Assembly: GCA_964594415.1 (NCBI GenBank)
Contig: CAZQLQ010000006.1
Span: forward strand, 1 to 54,140
Direction of reading: 5' to 3'
DNA from: an uncultured Candidatus Saccharibacteria bacterium
Lineage (GTDB): Bacteria; Patescibacteriota; CPR2; UBA1875; CAIMLA01
DNA: 54,140 bases
Positions 16,639 through 26,281 of the stretch are shown one piece after another (positions within the stretch are counted from its first letter, which is position 1; the number at the start of each line of letters is the position of its first letter). Below the pieces are notes generated by a model that worked only from the letters and a program-made list of their open reading frames with translations, made no database searches and had not been told where the DNA came from. The translations under genes and the position numbers were made by a program.

Positions 16639-18837
16639 TTATTTCTTGTTCTCTTCTTCATCTGTAAACAACCAGTAGATTGCTGTAAGAATCAGTATTG
16701 CCAATGGAACAATCGCCCAATACCATTTACAGAATATAGTGTCTTCATACCCGTCGTGTAGATATTTATGAATCAACCAAGCTGCTAAACCAAACACTAC
16801 AGGCCAGGCATATAGAAGTTTAGCTTTTCTTTCCTTGTTGTGTTCATATCCATAGTATACAGAAGTACCAGCAACAAGGATTAATAGAATAATCCACCAC
16901 CAAGGACAAGCTCCTTTATCTTCTGTAGCCGTACCCTTGACCTCCTCTGCCTTCGTAGTTGTAGTAGTCTGAGGAATTGTTGTAGTAGTTGTGGTGGTAG
17001 TTGTGGTAGCGCTAGTTACACCTGTCGTACCAGCCACTCCAGTAGCAATTACTATTGGAGTAATTGGGGTAGATGGGCTAGTCGTAGGCGTAGTAACTAA
17101 TCTCCACTGAGCAACCAACGTTTTCCCGCCTAATGGCATCGTAGATGGAAATGCCGGAGACCATCCAGTAAATATATAGCCAGGCCTTGTTGGATTTGCT
17201 GGAGCAGAAATACTTGAGCCATAGTCAGCAGTAATTGGAGCAATTTCCGAACCCCCATTTGTGTCGAAGTAGATAGTATATTTGTTCGCTATCCATTTAG
17301 CGTACAGCGTCATATTGCTTTCTACGTCATCGTTAAAGTCCCAGGCGCTTGTAAGCGCCGAGTCAGAATACCAACCGTCAAAAGTGTAGCCTGGTTTTGT
17401 TGGATCTGTTGGCTCTATAATCTCATCTCCATCTTCTACTTGCTGGCTGTCAACAGGAGTTCCACCGTTTGAATTGAATATCACCGTATATGCTTCCTTG
17501 ACCCATTTTGCGTATAGATCGGTCTCGCCTGTTACTCTCATAGTTGAGAAGTTCCATGGTTGCGCAAAAGTATTGTCGTCCAGATACCAGCCAGAAAAAA
17601 CATAGTGATTTCTTGTCGGATCTGTAGGCTTTGTAATCAATTCGTTATATATAACATCCATATCGTCTATATGCGTTCCGCCGTTTGAATGAAAATCAAC
17701 CTCATAAGTATTTATCTGCCACTGCGCGTAAAGAGTGACGTCTTGCGACATTGTTATTTCATCGCCTTCAGAATATGTAGTACCGGTCCCGTCGGCTTTT
17801 GTATTCCAGTCATTAAACGTATAACCGGTTTTATATAGTCCTGCATCATTGCCATAGACTTCAATCTCTGTGCCATAGTCATATGTCCTGTTTGAGTCAG
17901 GAACAAGACCGCCAGTATTTCCATTACCATTATAGGCAAGAATGTACCTATTGAGGCCCCATTTTGCGTATAACGTTGTATTCGCATTTACTACGTCAGT
18001 AGTAAAGTTCCAATCATCAGTACAACAAGCATCCTTGTACCATCCGATAAAGTAATAATTAACTTTTGTTGGATCTGTAGGTTTTGTAATTGTGTTTCCA
18101 TATTGAACATTCGTGATAGGAGATACGCTACTTCCTCCTTTAGAGTCAAAGGTTACAGTATAAGTGGCTTTAGCGGCTGCGTTGACATATATATTATCAA
18201 TGCTATTATAACCATCATTATTTATTGTTCCACTTCCTGCTGCCCTATGATTGCTAGAAATCTGCCATCTTAAAATCACTTTAGCCTGATTGTCTAATGC
18301 TGAAGGGAGTGTAAGATTATTCAATGCCCCGCTGTTGTTCCAGCTTGCATTAGTAATTTGATAATCACTTCCGCTCACCTTTGTCCATGTGCTTCCATTA
18401 TTTAGGCTGTAATCGATATGAAAGTCTCTAGGACCATCATTTTCACTTCTTTGCTTTGATGACAAAGTCAAAGTTTTATAGCCGGTTGTGCTAAACTCAA
18501 TATACCAATAATTAGCGTTATATCCGCTATTGTAGTCCCAATCTTTTGCTGCCGCTGCTTTGTCAGTGCCTGAATCGATACCATTCGAATCATACCTTTC
18601 CCCACTCAAATGATCGCCTTCTAGTTCACTAATTCCAACATTTGCTGCAATACCAACATCCGCATATTTATCCGCTGAACCACTTGGGAAAGTCCAACCG
18701 ACTATTGTAGTTGTCGGAACTACTGCAAACGCTGGTGTAACGCCAAGAAAAAATAAATTTAAGACCAAAAGCGTTGACGTCACCACTGCAAAAATATCTT
18801 GCATCCTTTCTTTTAGATTTTTCGTCCTTACCCTCAT
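16639..18837 (-). CDS. Surface protein with 5 InlB B-repeat (Listeria-Bacteroides repeat) domains, T-rich linker and 3-TM C-terminal anchor
   Basis: Repeats Y-x-V-x-F-x-S-N-GG...P-T-K...F-x-GWY...LYAKW; N-terminal signal peptide. Confidence 0.9.
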   Translation of the reverse strand: MRVRTKNLKERMQDIFAVVTSTLLVLNLFFLGVTPAFAVVPTTTIVGWTFPSGSADKYADVGIAANVGISELEGDHLSGERYDSNGIDSGTDKAAAAKDWDYNSGYNANYWYIEFSTTGYKTLTLSSKQRSENDGPRDFHIDYSLNNGSTWTKVSGSDYQITNASWNNSGALNNLTLPSALDNQAKVILRWQISSNHRAAGSGTINNDGYNSIDNIYVNAAAKATYTVTFDSKGGSSVSPITNVQYGNTITKPTDPTKVNYYFIGWYKDACCTDDWNFTTDVVNANTTLYAKWGLNRYILAYNGNGNTGGLVPDSNRTYDYGTEIEVYGNDAGLYKTGYTFNDWNTKADGTGTTYSEGDEITMSQDVTLYAQWQINTYEVDFHSNGGTHIDDMDVIYNELITKPTDPTRNHYVFSGWYLDDNTFAQPWNFSTMRVTGETDLYAKWVKEAYTVIFNSNGGTPVDSQQVEDGDEIIEPTDPTKPGYTFDGWYSDSALTSAWDFNDDVESNMTLYAKWIANKYTIYFDTNGGSEIAPITADYGSSISAPANPTRPGYIFTGWSPAFPSTMPLGGKTLVAQWRLVTTPTTSPSTPITPIVIATGVAGTTGVTSATTTTTTTTTTIPQTTTTTKAEEVKGTATEDKGACPWWWIILLILVAGTSVYYGYEHNKERKAKLLYAWPVVFGLAAWLIHKYLHDGYEDTIFCKWYWAIVPLAILILTAIYWLFTDEEENKK

Positions 18838-19135
18838 ATATCCCCCTTTCCTTTCCCCTCCTGCTTAATATTCTATAAATCAACTATTATCTATTAAATA
18901 AATAAAATTATTTTGAGATCTTGAAAAAGTGATAGAAAATTCGTGTATATCAAAAAATAACAGAATTTCTGTGCATTCCGCTCCTATATAAGCTCAATAT
19001 TCAGGTTTTTAGTATTTGTGAGAGCTTATGATTCGAAGCAGTCACGATATAAAAAGTATATAATTCCAATGTAAAACATTTTGCTTTTTTGTTTTTATTT
19101 CTGAAACCCTCGACAAATTCCGAAGGATATGGCCT

Positions 19136-19164
19136 GATAATACACCTAAGACCAAAAAAAGTCA
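19136..19164 (-). promoter_or_regulatory. Sigma70 promoter giving a 5' leader of about 290 nt for 16639-18837
   Basis: TTGACT-17-TATTAT. Confidence 0.55.
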
Positions 19165-19179
19165 ATAATAAAGGAAAAA

Positions 19180-19908
19180 TCAATACCCTGGGGTCGGATC
19201 GATCCTTTCAATAAAATCAGCTGAGGTGTCTGAATCGGTCCCCAAATGTTCTCTTTCTAATGAGTGACCTTCATCCACATCAATACATGCCGGGTCAAAT
19301 ATCTCAGTATCGTCTCCATAGCTAATTTGATCCACTATATCGCCTTTATCGTCCCTGAGTATCACCCGATCTCCGCTGTTGCTCATTCGATCATGACTAC
19401 CCGAAAGATTTATCTTTACAACGTTATCTTCTGTTATATTTTCCCAAAAATGCCAAGTATCATTACCATGGGATAAAAGTGCAAAGCCATAAGCCGGTAT
19501 TTCGACATTTGAATTTATAATGCTTGGCCATGAATCGCCCGAAATAGACCATTTTTTCAAGCTTATTGCAACTCCTGTCGGGTTATAGAGTTCAACCCAT
19601 TCATTATCATCCTCCCTTTCAAATCTAGAGCAATCATTATCATTAAAGATTCGGCACCCGGTATCGTAATAAACCTCGTTGATAAGCACTTGCAGCTCTG
19701 GCAATTCATTTTCTCCGGTGGTGATAATGTTATTTGAAATCGTTGCCGTATCAGAGAAGTAACTTCCAGTGGAACCAATAGTAACAGCAGCCGTAATCAA
19801 AATAATATAAAGGCATTTAAAAATATTTTTCAAATTATTTTTAGTAGAGTAACTCATTCTTTTCTTTTGTTTCGCTTTTCTCTTTCTTTTTTGTCTTAAT
19901 TTTTTCAA
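19180..19908 (-). CDS. Lamin-tail-domain protein with SipW-class signal peptide (true start probably 19857)
   Basis: GSTGSYFSD signal motif; LINEVYYD...EWVELYNP...GDRVIL...VDQISYG (LTD). Confidence 0.85.
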   Translation of the reverse strand: MKKLRQKRKRKAKQKKRMSYSTKNNLKNIFKCLYIILITAAVTIGSTGSYFSDTATISNNIITTGENELPELQVLINEVYYDTGCRIFNDNDCSRFEREDDNEWVELYNPTGVAISLKKWSISGDSWPSIINSNVEIPAYGFALLSHGNDTWHFWENITEDNVVKINLSGSHDRMSNSGDRVILRDDKGDIVDQISYGDDTEIFDPACIDVDEGHSLEREHLGTDSDTSADFIERIDPTPGY

Positions 19909-20404
19909 GCTCTTTTTTGATTTTCCCTATTTCTCCATAAATAATAATAAGAGCTGGGATAAGAATAAATAGGACAAGACCCTTTGGCGTCTTTAGGAAT
20001 GATACCGCATTGCCGATATAAGGAACGCTATAAACTACTTTTCCAATTACGTTCTCTTTAATTACTTTTTCTGAGTCAGCAGATTTATTGGCATCACCTT
20101 TGACAATATAAAAGGTTGTATCTCTTTCTTGCTCAATACCTACAATTCTATGAGTAACCGTATCTGTTTCGTTTGATATCTTAAAAGTAATAATGTCGTT
20201 TATGCTATAAACATCCTGCTTTCTGTCCAAAACTACACTGTCCTTGCTGAACTCGGGTTCCATACTTCCAGATCTCACCACAAACATTCTATAACCGCTA
20301 ATTTCAAAAGAAGAAAAAATAACAAGCAATGCCATAATAGCCAATAAAATATAGGCGATAAAGCTTACTGTATTTACTAATATTGAACCCTTTTTAATTG
20401 CCAT
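19841..20404 (-). CDS. sipW: Signal peptidase I, SipW type
   Basis: VRSGSMEP, TVTHRIV (Ser-His type), VKGDAN, GKVVYSVPYIG. Confidence 0.88.
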   Translation of the reverse strand: MAIKKGSILVNTVSFIAYILLAIMALLVIFSSFEISGYRMFVVRSGSMEPEFSKDSVVLDRKQDVYSINDIITFKISNETDTVTHRIVGIEQERDTTFYIVKGDANKSADSEKVIKENVIGKVVYSVPYIGNAVSFLKTPKGLVLFILIPALIIIYGEIGKIKKELEKIKTKKKEKSETKEKNELLY

Positions 20405-20436
20405 TTTGCTGTTTTCTCCTCTTTTATTTTTATTAT

Positions 20437-20468
20437 TATACAGCAGGGTGTTAAGGCCCTGCTGTATA
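20437..20468. other. Strong intergenic hairpin between the tasA-like gene and sipW (no minus-strand U-tract)
   Basis: tatacagcaggg-tgttaagg-ccctgctgtata. Confidence 0.75.
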
Positions 20469-20478
20469 AATACGCGAA

Positions 20479-21411
20479 TTAGGATTTGATATAATCGACA
20501 AGCCCTGTTTCAAACAAATAATCAGCTGGGTGCCAACCGATCATTTGACTACCATTGAAGTCGCTTGACTTTACTAACCATATCTTAGCATTTGAGAAGC
20601 TACCAAGATTTTGATCGAAGGTGATTGTCAGACTTCCTCCACTTGAAACACCAGTATTTAGCAAGACAGATCCTGCACCTGGCCAAGGATCATTATATTT
20701 GATCAGGGAGTAATCTCCGGCTGGCAAACCTGTTGCTGTGAATGTTCCCTTGAAGGTAGAATCCATTACCCCGTAAGATAGGGTTCCCTTGATGCCATCC
20801 TGAATAACATCCCAATTCGGCTCCCCTGTTTTATTCTCCAATACTAGGTTACCGCTTAGCTGCTCACCCATTATCTCAATATTAAACACTAGGGTTTTGT
20901 CCTGATAAGTATTATCAGCGGTATCCTTCATCTTGTAACTTTCAGTAACATACATTACATAATTTTCGGTATTAGTATCAGCAGGAAGCATTCCTAAAAA
21001 CACTTTTGAATTATTAACGCCGTTTAAAGTTACATCGTAGTTATAGATTGCTTGTTTCCAGTAAAAAATGCCGTTCTTTTTGATCTCTACCGATAGACCA
21101 TAAAGTATTTGCGTACTCAAGTTGCCAACATCATTTGGAATAATCACTTTCTTAGTTATGTTGGCGGGATTGCTTCCGTTTGCATTATCTACTTTAAGGT
21201 TGCCGTACTTTACATAGCCCGGCTTCATATCAGTCAAATAGAACGGATTCAAAACGTCACTTCCCTCATCGTTAACTACAATATCCAATGTCCCAGTTGA
21301 CAATGTATTCCCGTTTATTTCAGCCGTGTCGCTAAAAAGTGCTCCGGTTGCACTAATCGACAACGCAGCTACTGAAGCAATAGTAAACAAACTCATTAAA
21401 ATTCGTTTCAT
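20479..21411 (-). CDS. TasA/CalY (camelysin)-like protein with SipW-class signal peptide
   Basis: MKRILMSLFTIASVAALSISATGALFSDTAEINGNTLSTGTLDI, MKPG motif; start refined to the ATG after SD aaaggtgg. Confidence 0.85.
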   Translation of the reverse strand: MKRILMSLFTIASVAALSISATGALFSDTAEINGNTLSTGTLDIVVNDEGSDVLNPFYLTDMKPGYVKYGNLKVDNANGSNPANITKKVIIPNDVGNLSTQILYGLSVEIKKNGIFYWKQAIYNYDVTLNGVNNSKVFLGMLPADTNTENYVMYVTESYKMKDTADNTYQDKTLVFNIEIMGEQLSGNLVLENKTGEPNWDVIQDGIKGTLSYGVMDSTFKGTFTATGLPAGDYSLIKYNDPWPGAGSVLLNTGVSSGGSLTITFDQNLGSFSNAKIWLVKSSDFNGSQMIGWHPADYLFETGLVDYIKS

Positions 21412-21531
21412 ATTACCACCTTTCTTTTTTAAAATTAATAAATCGTTTTTGGCTTCTGTTTCAAAGCTGTCGACCATAGCTTGCCCTCAAAACAAAAACC
21501 GATCAGATTCTCTCCAGATTTAAAATATCTC

Positions 21532-21640
21532 GAGAAAATGTGACCGGTTTCATTTATATCCGTAGAAATAATTACTTACTCCACAAGAACAACTGCAATT
21601 TGCAACCTTACATTCATTGCATCAATTTTTACACATTCTC
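21532..21640 (-). ncRNA. Possible degenerate c-di-GMP-II-like leader of the tasA-like operon
   Basis: TGC-AAT-GA / GGA-GTA-AGTA core and 3' TGAAACCGG, P1 gagaatgtg/cacattttctc; pseudoknot partner poor. Confidence 0.35.
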
Positions 21641-21743
21641 TTTTTTAGTTTTTTAGCTATTTGTATTTTGATGTTATACCTAAAATTTTACCTTGTCAAT
21701 GGCAAAAAATGATGAATTTAGCAAATTTGTATAAACAATTTTC

Positions 21744-22052
21744 TTATTGGCAACTCTCTGGTCTAAAGATAAAAAAAGGGGTGCTGTCTGTAGACAGCAC
21801 CCATATTGGTACACCTATTTTAATTAATCTTTTTACTTGTTTGAATTTTTCTATTTCTTGTTTTTCTTTTTTTATCATATTTACTTTTTTCCTGAAGCTC
21901 CGCTCAACAGGATTGGGGTAATTTGCCACCAGCCTTTTAGGCTGAATCTCTTTAAAGCATTTCCTGCATATTTGGAACCCCTTTTTTGTTGTTTTGATTT
22001 GTTCCCCACAAATCCCGCAATAGTTCTTCATCCTTTTATCCGCTTTAGCCAC
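21744..22052 (-). CDS. Small Zn-finger hypothetical protein
   Basis: CGIC...CRKC; SD aggagggg, GTG start. Confidence 0.5.
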   Translation of the reverse strand: MAKADKRMKNYCGICGEQIKTTKKGFQICRKCFKEIQPKRLVANYPNPVERSFRKKVNMIKKEKQEIEKFKQVKRLIKIGVPIWVLSTDSTPFFIFRPESCQ

Positions 22053-22289
22053 AAAACCCCTCCTTTAAAGGAATAATTTAATGGAAAACGAAAGCCAGTT
22101 CTCCTTTTGTCGGGATTGGTGGGAAATTACAACTATTTTTCCTTGAAGTTTGAGTAGCAAACCAGCGGATAACTGCATAGCGCTTTTTGTCCTTCATATT
22201 GTCACGAAATCTACTTCCCGCTGATTTTATTTCGTTGGCTTCATTATGATACAAAAGACCACCTCAATTCAATTATTTACAGTTTGACA

Positions 22290-22580
22290 TTAGAGTATGA
22301 CTCTTAATACTCTTGGTTCCTCTCCATGCGTACGCTGAACCCCTATTTCTTCATTTATCAAGCTAGCCATACTTGGACTTTTTGGAACCACTGCATTGCA
22401 ATGAGGACACCTACTGTGCTTACTGGGAGATGATTTTGAATTATGACTACGACCACAGTTAGAACATTCAAACCTATAATGCTTCATGAACCCTTTTTCT
22501 AAATCTTTTGCCCAAGACACAATTCCTACTCCTTTTAAATCTAGCGGACACAATACAAAAGCTCTTACCCAGGATACCAA
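22290..22580 (-). CDS. Small Zn-ribbon hypothetical protein
   Basis: CSNC...CPHC. Confidence 0.5.
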   Translation of the reverse strand: MVSWVRAFVLCPLDLKGVGIVSWAKDLEKGFMKHYRFECSNCGRSHNSKSSPSKHSRCPHCNAVVPKSPSMASLINEEIGVQRTHGEEPRVLRVIL

Positions 22581-22670
22581 TCTCTGCCAGTAAGATTCAC
22601 AACATCCCTCCTTAATAAGTAGACTCCGCTATTCGCCCTCCTTTCACCCGAAAACAACAAGTGAGAAATT

Positions 22671-22886
22671 TCAATAATCCAACATTGCATCCTCGATCGG
22701 ACGTAGATCCTTAAACAATTTGGACGCTACAATCGGTGGTTTAACTAGAGCCCTAGACCTAGCTTTTGAAATTGCCTCTTTGATAATCAAAGTACTTGAA
22801 TCAATATAAACTGGGCCTAGATTCAGCGATTTAAGCACTAAATTTAATTGATCAAAAAGTTCTTGATCCAAGGGTATCCCCTCCAA
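22671..22886 (-). CDS. Hypothetical protein
   Basis: 71-aa ORF co-oriented with neighbours; no recognised motif. Confidence 0.35.
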   Translation of the reverse strand: MEGIPLDQELFDQLNLVLKSLNLGPVYIDSSTLIIKEAISKARSRALVKPPIVASKLFKDLRPIEDAMLDY

Positions 22887-23030
22887 CCAGATTCTCTGAG
22901 TAAATAGGACCTAGCCATAATCCCCTTCAAAAAAAAGCATAAGCACCACCCCCTCACTAATTATCAATGTTCAATAAATAAAGCTAACGCTAAATTAAAA
23001 CTAACACTCATGAAAAACCATGTCAATAAA

Positions 23031-23059
23031 AAATAAGCGGGAGGGTGAACCGCTTATTT
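23031..23059 (-). terminator. Terminator after the NTG-repeat operon
   Basis: aaataagcgg-loop-ccgcttattt followed by a T-run on the minus strand. Confidence 0.75.
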
Positions 23060-23086
23060 CTTATCATATATAATGACTAATAACTT

Positions 23087-23986
23087 CTATACGGCCTTAT
23101 GTATCTTTTGCTGATGTCTTACTCTGATTGCATAGAAAGCAAGGTAGGCAATAACAATTTCTGCAATTATTACCTTGTCATACCCTTCGGCAAACCAGCC
23201 TATTCCTGTGCCATAGTGAGCAATCGTATGAACTATCCATGCTAAATATCCAAAAACTGCAGGCCATAAATACCAGAGACCCAAAATACCTTTTGGATTT
23301 TCTGTTCTAGATAGATAAAATCCGTATCCTCCTAGAAGAACTGCTAGTGCAATAACTATTGCGATACACCAAGGACAATTTTGCTCATCCCCTATCAGAA
23401 CATTTCCAGTATCAGCTCCTTTAATATCCTCGCTTCCTAAAGCGATTATCTCATTATCAGTACTTTCATTGTCTGACTCAGCAAGAGTTTGCTCAACTCC
23501 GTCAGATCTGTATGTTGCTACAAAACTACCGGAATACCCGCTAGTATGGATATTCACGCCACCGCCACTAGTTGTAATCTTTATCGTGCCACCCGAGGGA
23601 GAAGTAATTACAGTAGTTTTGGGGTTTGTGGTAGTTGTAGTAGTAGTTTCATTGTCATTGTCGCCGTCTTCGCTATTTATAGAACAATAATTGACTTCGT
23701 TAGTAACACTTAGAGAAACGTCAATATCTCCGGTTTTTACGCTGCCATCACCGGTATTTCCGTTTGCAGTATTTTCTCCAGTACTTATCTTAAGATCGAT
23801 TTCATTATCAATTGCTGCGTTATTTTCAACCTCTATCTTAGTTCCATTTTCTACAGAAATAATTGTTTTATTTACTGAGTTATAGCCTGTAATCTCATTT
23901 GAGATGTCAGCCGCCAGAGCAACCCCCCCTACCAGAAATACAGCAAAAATTGGGATAATTAATATTTTTTTACGTTTTGTTTTCAT
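23087..23986 (-). CDS. NTG-repeat protein 3: signal peptide, 1 repeat, T-rich linker, 3-TM anchor
   Basis: ISNEITGYNSVN...STGENTANGNTGDGSVKTGD; C-terminus homologous to that of 16639-18837. Confidence 0.8.
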   Translation of the reverse strand: MKTKRKKILIIPIFAVFLVGGVALAADISNEITGYNSVNKTIISVENGTKIEVENNAAIDNEIDLKISTGENTANGNTGDGSVKTGDIDVSLSVTNEVNYCSINSEDGDNDNETTTTTTTNPKTTVITSPSGGTIKITTSGGGVNIHTSGYSGSFVATYRSDGVEQTLAESDNESTDNEIIALGSEDIKGADTGNVLIGDEQNCPWCIAIVIALAVLLGGYGFYLSRTENPKGILGLWYLWPAVFGYLAWIVHTIAHYGTGIGWFAEGYDKVIIAEIVIAYLAFYAIRVRHQQKIHKAV

Positions 23987-24044
23987 GGCAGCCTCCTTTC
24001 TAATAGGTGACCCTCACTACGGCGCCAACTTTTTATGACCCATT

Positions 24045-26213
24045 TTATGCTCCACTTTTCTTTTTTTTGCCAAAATAAACTGAAAGAAACGAAAGATAAA
24101 CTATTGTCAGAAACGCCAGAATTTGCATCTTGAATTTACCCAGCATAGACAAAAAGTTGTTAGAATCGTTTGTCTGACTAATCGTATTAACACCAAGAAC
24201 GCTACTTCCTCCATCCTGGTTGCTGTTGCTTGATGCCAGAAGAACTGCATTGTTATCATTATCAGGTAATATATTTTCTAACGCTATTGATCCGTCTACA
24301 GGAACCTTCACACCTGCCGAAGTGAATATTTTAAACACACTTGAGTCAACTGGTTCAGTAGAAATATGGATTTCTGTAGGAATTTGGGTAATCACTTGCG
24401 TTGTTGCAGTAGTTTGCGCTACCTCTTTTTCTACATCTATGTTTCCATCCCAGTCCCCAAAGATATTTACTACCAGGAATACGAACTTTTTAGCCACTAC
24501 ATTAACATTCATAATGTTTGCGATGTTGGCAAGTACATTAGAGTCACCTGTTGTTATATTCCCGTTTCCGGTATTATAGTCTGCCTTGTTATCGCCGGTG
24601 TTTGCAGTGATTGAAATATTATTAGACAAAACTCCTTCATTTTCGTTGTCTATATCAATTAAGCTTGATGCATCTACCGTTGCCGTATTTTCTGACTCGG
24701 CTCCGGTATTTTCGTTAGAAGCTGCAAGGTTGCAAACATTTTCACTATCACAACCGTTATTTACTATCCCTAGATAAGGAGACAGGAGATTTTCTCCTGA
24801 CCATTGACCCGCTACATTTACTATGAAGAAAAATATAGTATCTCCTATCAAGTTTTGATTTAAAAGGTTGCTTACACTCAATTCCGTGTTTACGTCACCA
24901 GTTTGGACCGAACCACTACCAGTATTATATCCGCTTGTGTTATCACCTGTATTATTAGCAATCTTAATATTATTTAAGACTTCTGCATTATTATCGTTAT
25001 CGATATCTAGTGCATTATTTACGTTCGCTGAAGATATATTACTCGAATCAAATCCTGTGTTTTCATTACCTGCAGTTATCGCACCACCGCTATTATTTGA
25101 ATTAATCGAATTCCCTGCCAGGCTTTTTGGTATCAATAAGTCCCCTAGCCAATCCCCAAAAATGTTTAATACGCCAACAACCCCAAGATCAGAAGCAGTA
25201 AAGGAGCTGTTAATGAAATTTAACAAGTTCAGCGATACATTAGAGTCACCAGTAGTTACGTTGCCGTCGCCTGTATTGTAACTGGCGTCATTATCGCCTG
25301 TATTTGATTCGATATTAAAATTATTTGAAGCGTTCGCATCATTATCGTTATTCACAAACGTTGAGTTGTTAGTATTGATAATGGCCGAGTTAGTAGATTC
25401 GGCACCTGTATTTTCGTTTTCTGCACCAACCCTACTACCAGTCAAGGTATATTTTTCACCAGAATTAGGGTCAACGAGATAATTACCAAATAGATTCCCT
25501 GCAACATTTTCAAAAAGGAGTTTTATCTCTCCACCAGGGAGTGCAACAAAAGCGGTATTAATCATATTTAGAATAGAGAGAATTATATTTGAATCCCCTG
25601 TCTTCACGCTTCCGCTACCCGTATTGTAGTTGGCATCGTTATCTCCGGTATTTGAAGAAACAACAAGGCCATTATTTACTTCCGCCTGATTATCGTTATT
25701 TACCACTAGTTTGCTAGCATCCAATACAACCGCCTCGTTCACTGAACCCGCTCCAGTATTTTCGTTACTAACGCCAGACTCTGTTGATTCGGATCCGCTT
25801 CCTTCAGCTAAAGTAGGAATAGTTTGTCCCGACTCAGCTCCCAGATCTCCCGCAACCTCTTCATTTAGAGGACAGGACTCTGATGGATTAGCGGTAGACG
25901 AACCAGTATCTGCCGTAGGAGCCGTATTTTCGGTAGGATTGCTTGTACCCTGGGTATCGCCGGTAGTTCCCGAATTTGTTTCCTCGCTCCCAGGCAAAGC
26001 AGGAGCTGTTGGCGAGACTGGAGTCTCAGGTGCTGTCGGAGCTACTATGACTTTCGGGGTAGTAGTTGGCGTAGTCGGTAATGCTGGACGGACTGGAGCC
26101 GCAGGCAATTGAGGAGCCTCCGAGAAGGCAAGACCTAAAGGAGCCACAACTAACAAAACAGTCACAAAAGCTGTGCCTAATCTTTTTAATCTTATTAATA
26201 ATCTTGTATTCAT
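24045..26213 (-). CDS. NTG-repeat protein 2: signal peptide, P/T-rich region, 4 repeats, C-terminal TM
   Basis: Four copies of NENTG-x-x-S-x-N...NTGDN-x-x-x-YNTG-x-G-x-V-x-TGD. Confidence 0.85.
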   Translation of the reverse strand: MNTRLLIRLKRLGTAFVTVLLVVAPLGLAFSEAPQLPAAPVRPALPTTPTTTPKVIVAPTAPETPVSPTAPALPGSEETNSGTTGDTQGTSNPTENTAPTADTGSSTANPSESCPLNEEVAGDLGAESGQTIPTLAEGSGSESTESGVSNENTGAGSVNEAVVLDASKLVVNNDNQAEVNNGLVVSSNTGDNDANYNTGSGSVKTGDSNIILSILNMINTAFVALPGGEIKLLFENVAGNLFGNYLVDPNSGEKYTLTGSRVGAENENTGAESTNSAIINTNNSTFVNNDNDANASNNFNIESNTGDNDASYNTGDGNVTTGDSNVSLNLLNFINSSFTASDLGVVGVLNIFGDWLGDLLIPKSLAGNSINSNNSGGAITAGNENTGFDSSNISSANVNNALDIDNDNNAEVLNNIKIANNTGDNTSGYNTGSGSVQTGDVNTELSVSNLLNQNLIGDTIFFFIVNVAGQWSGENLLSPYLGIVNNGCDSENVCNLAASNENTGAESENTATVDASSLIDIDNENEGVLSNNISITANTGDNKADYNTGNGNITTGDSNVLANIANIMNVNVVAKKFVFLVVNIFGDWDGNIDVEKEVAQTTATTQVITQIPTEIHISTEPVDSSVFKIFTSAGVKVPVDGSIALENILPDNDNNAVLLASSNSNQDGGSSVLGVNTISQTNDSNNFLSMLGKFKMQILAFLTIVYLSFLSVYFGKKKKSGA

Positions 26214-26240
26214 TTAGACCCCCAATTAATTTATCTGGCG

Positions 26241-26268
26241 CTGGTAAGGCTCAATTGAGCCTTACCAG
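26241..26268. repeat. Perfect 28-bp palindrome between NTG genes 1 and 2
   Basis: ctggtaaggctcaattgagccttaccag. Confidence 0.9.
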
Positions 26269-26281
26269 ACCTAATCAAATA

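Noticed and set aside
21744-22886. Prophage
   Set aside because: Only ~1.1 kb of tiny ORFs, with no structural, integrase or replication genes and no att repeats seen.
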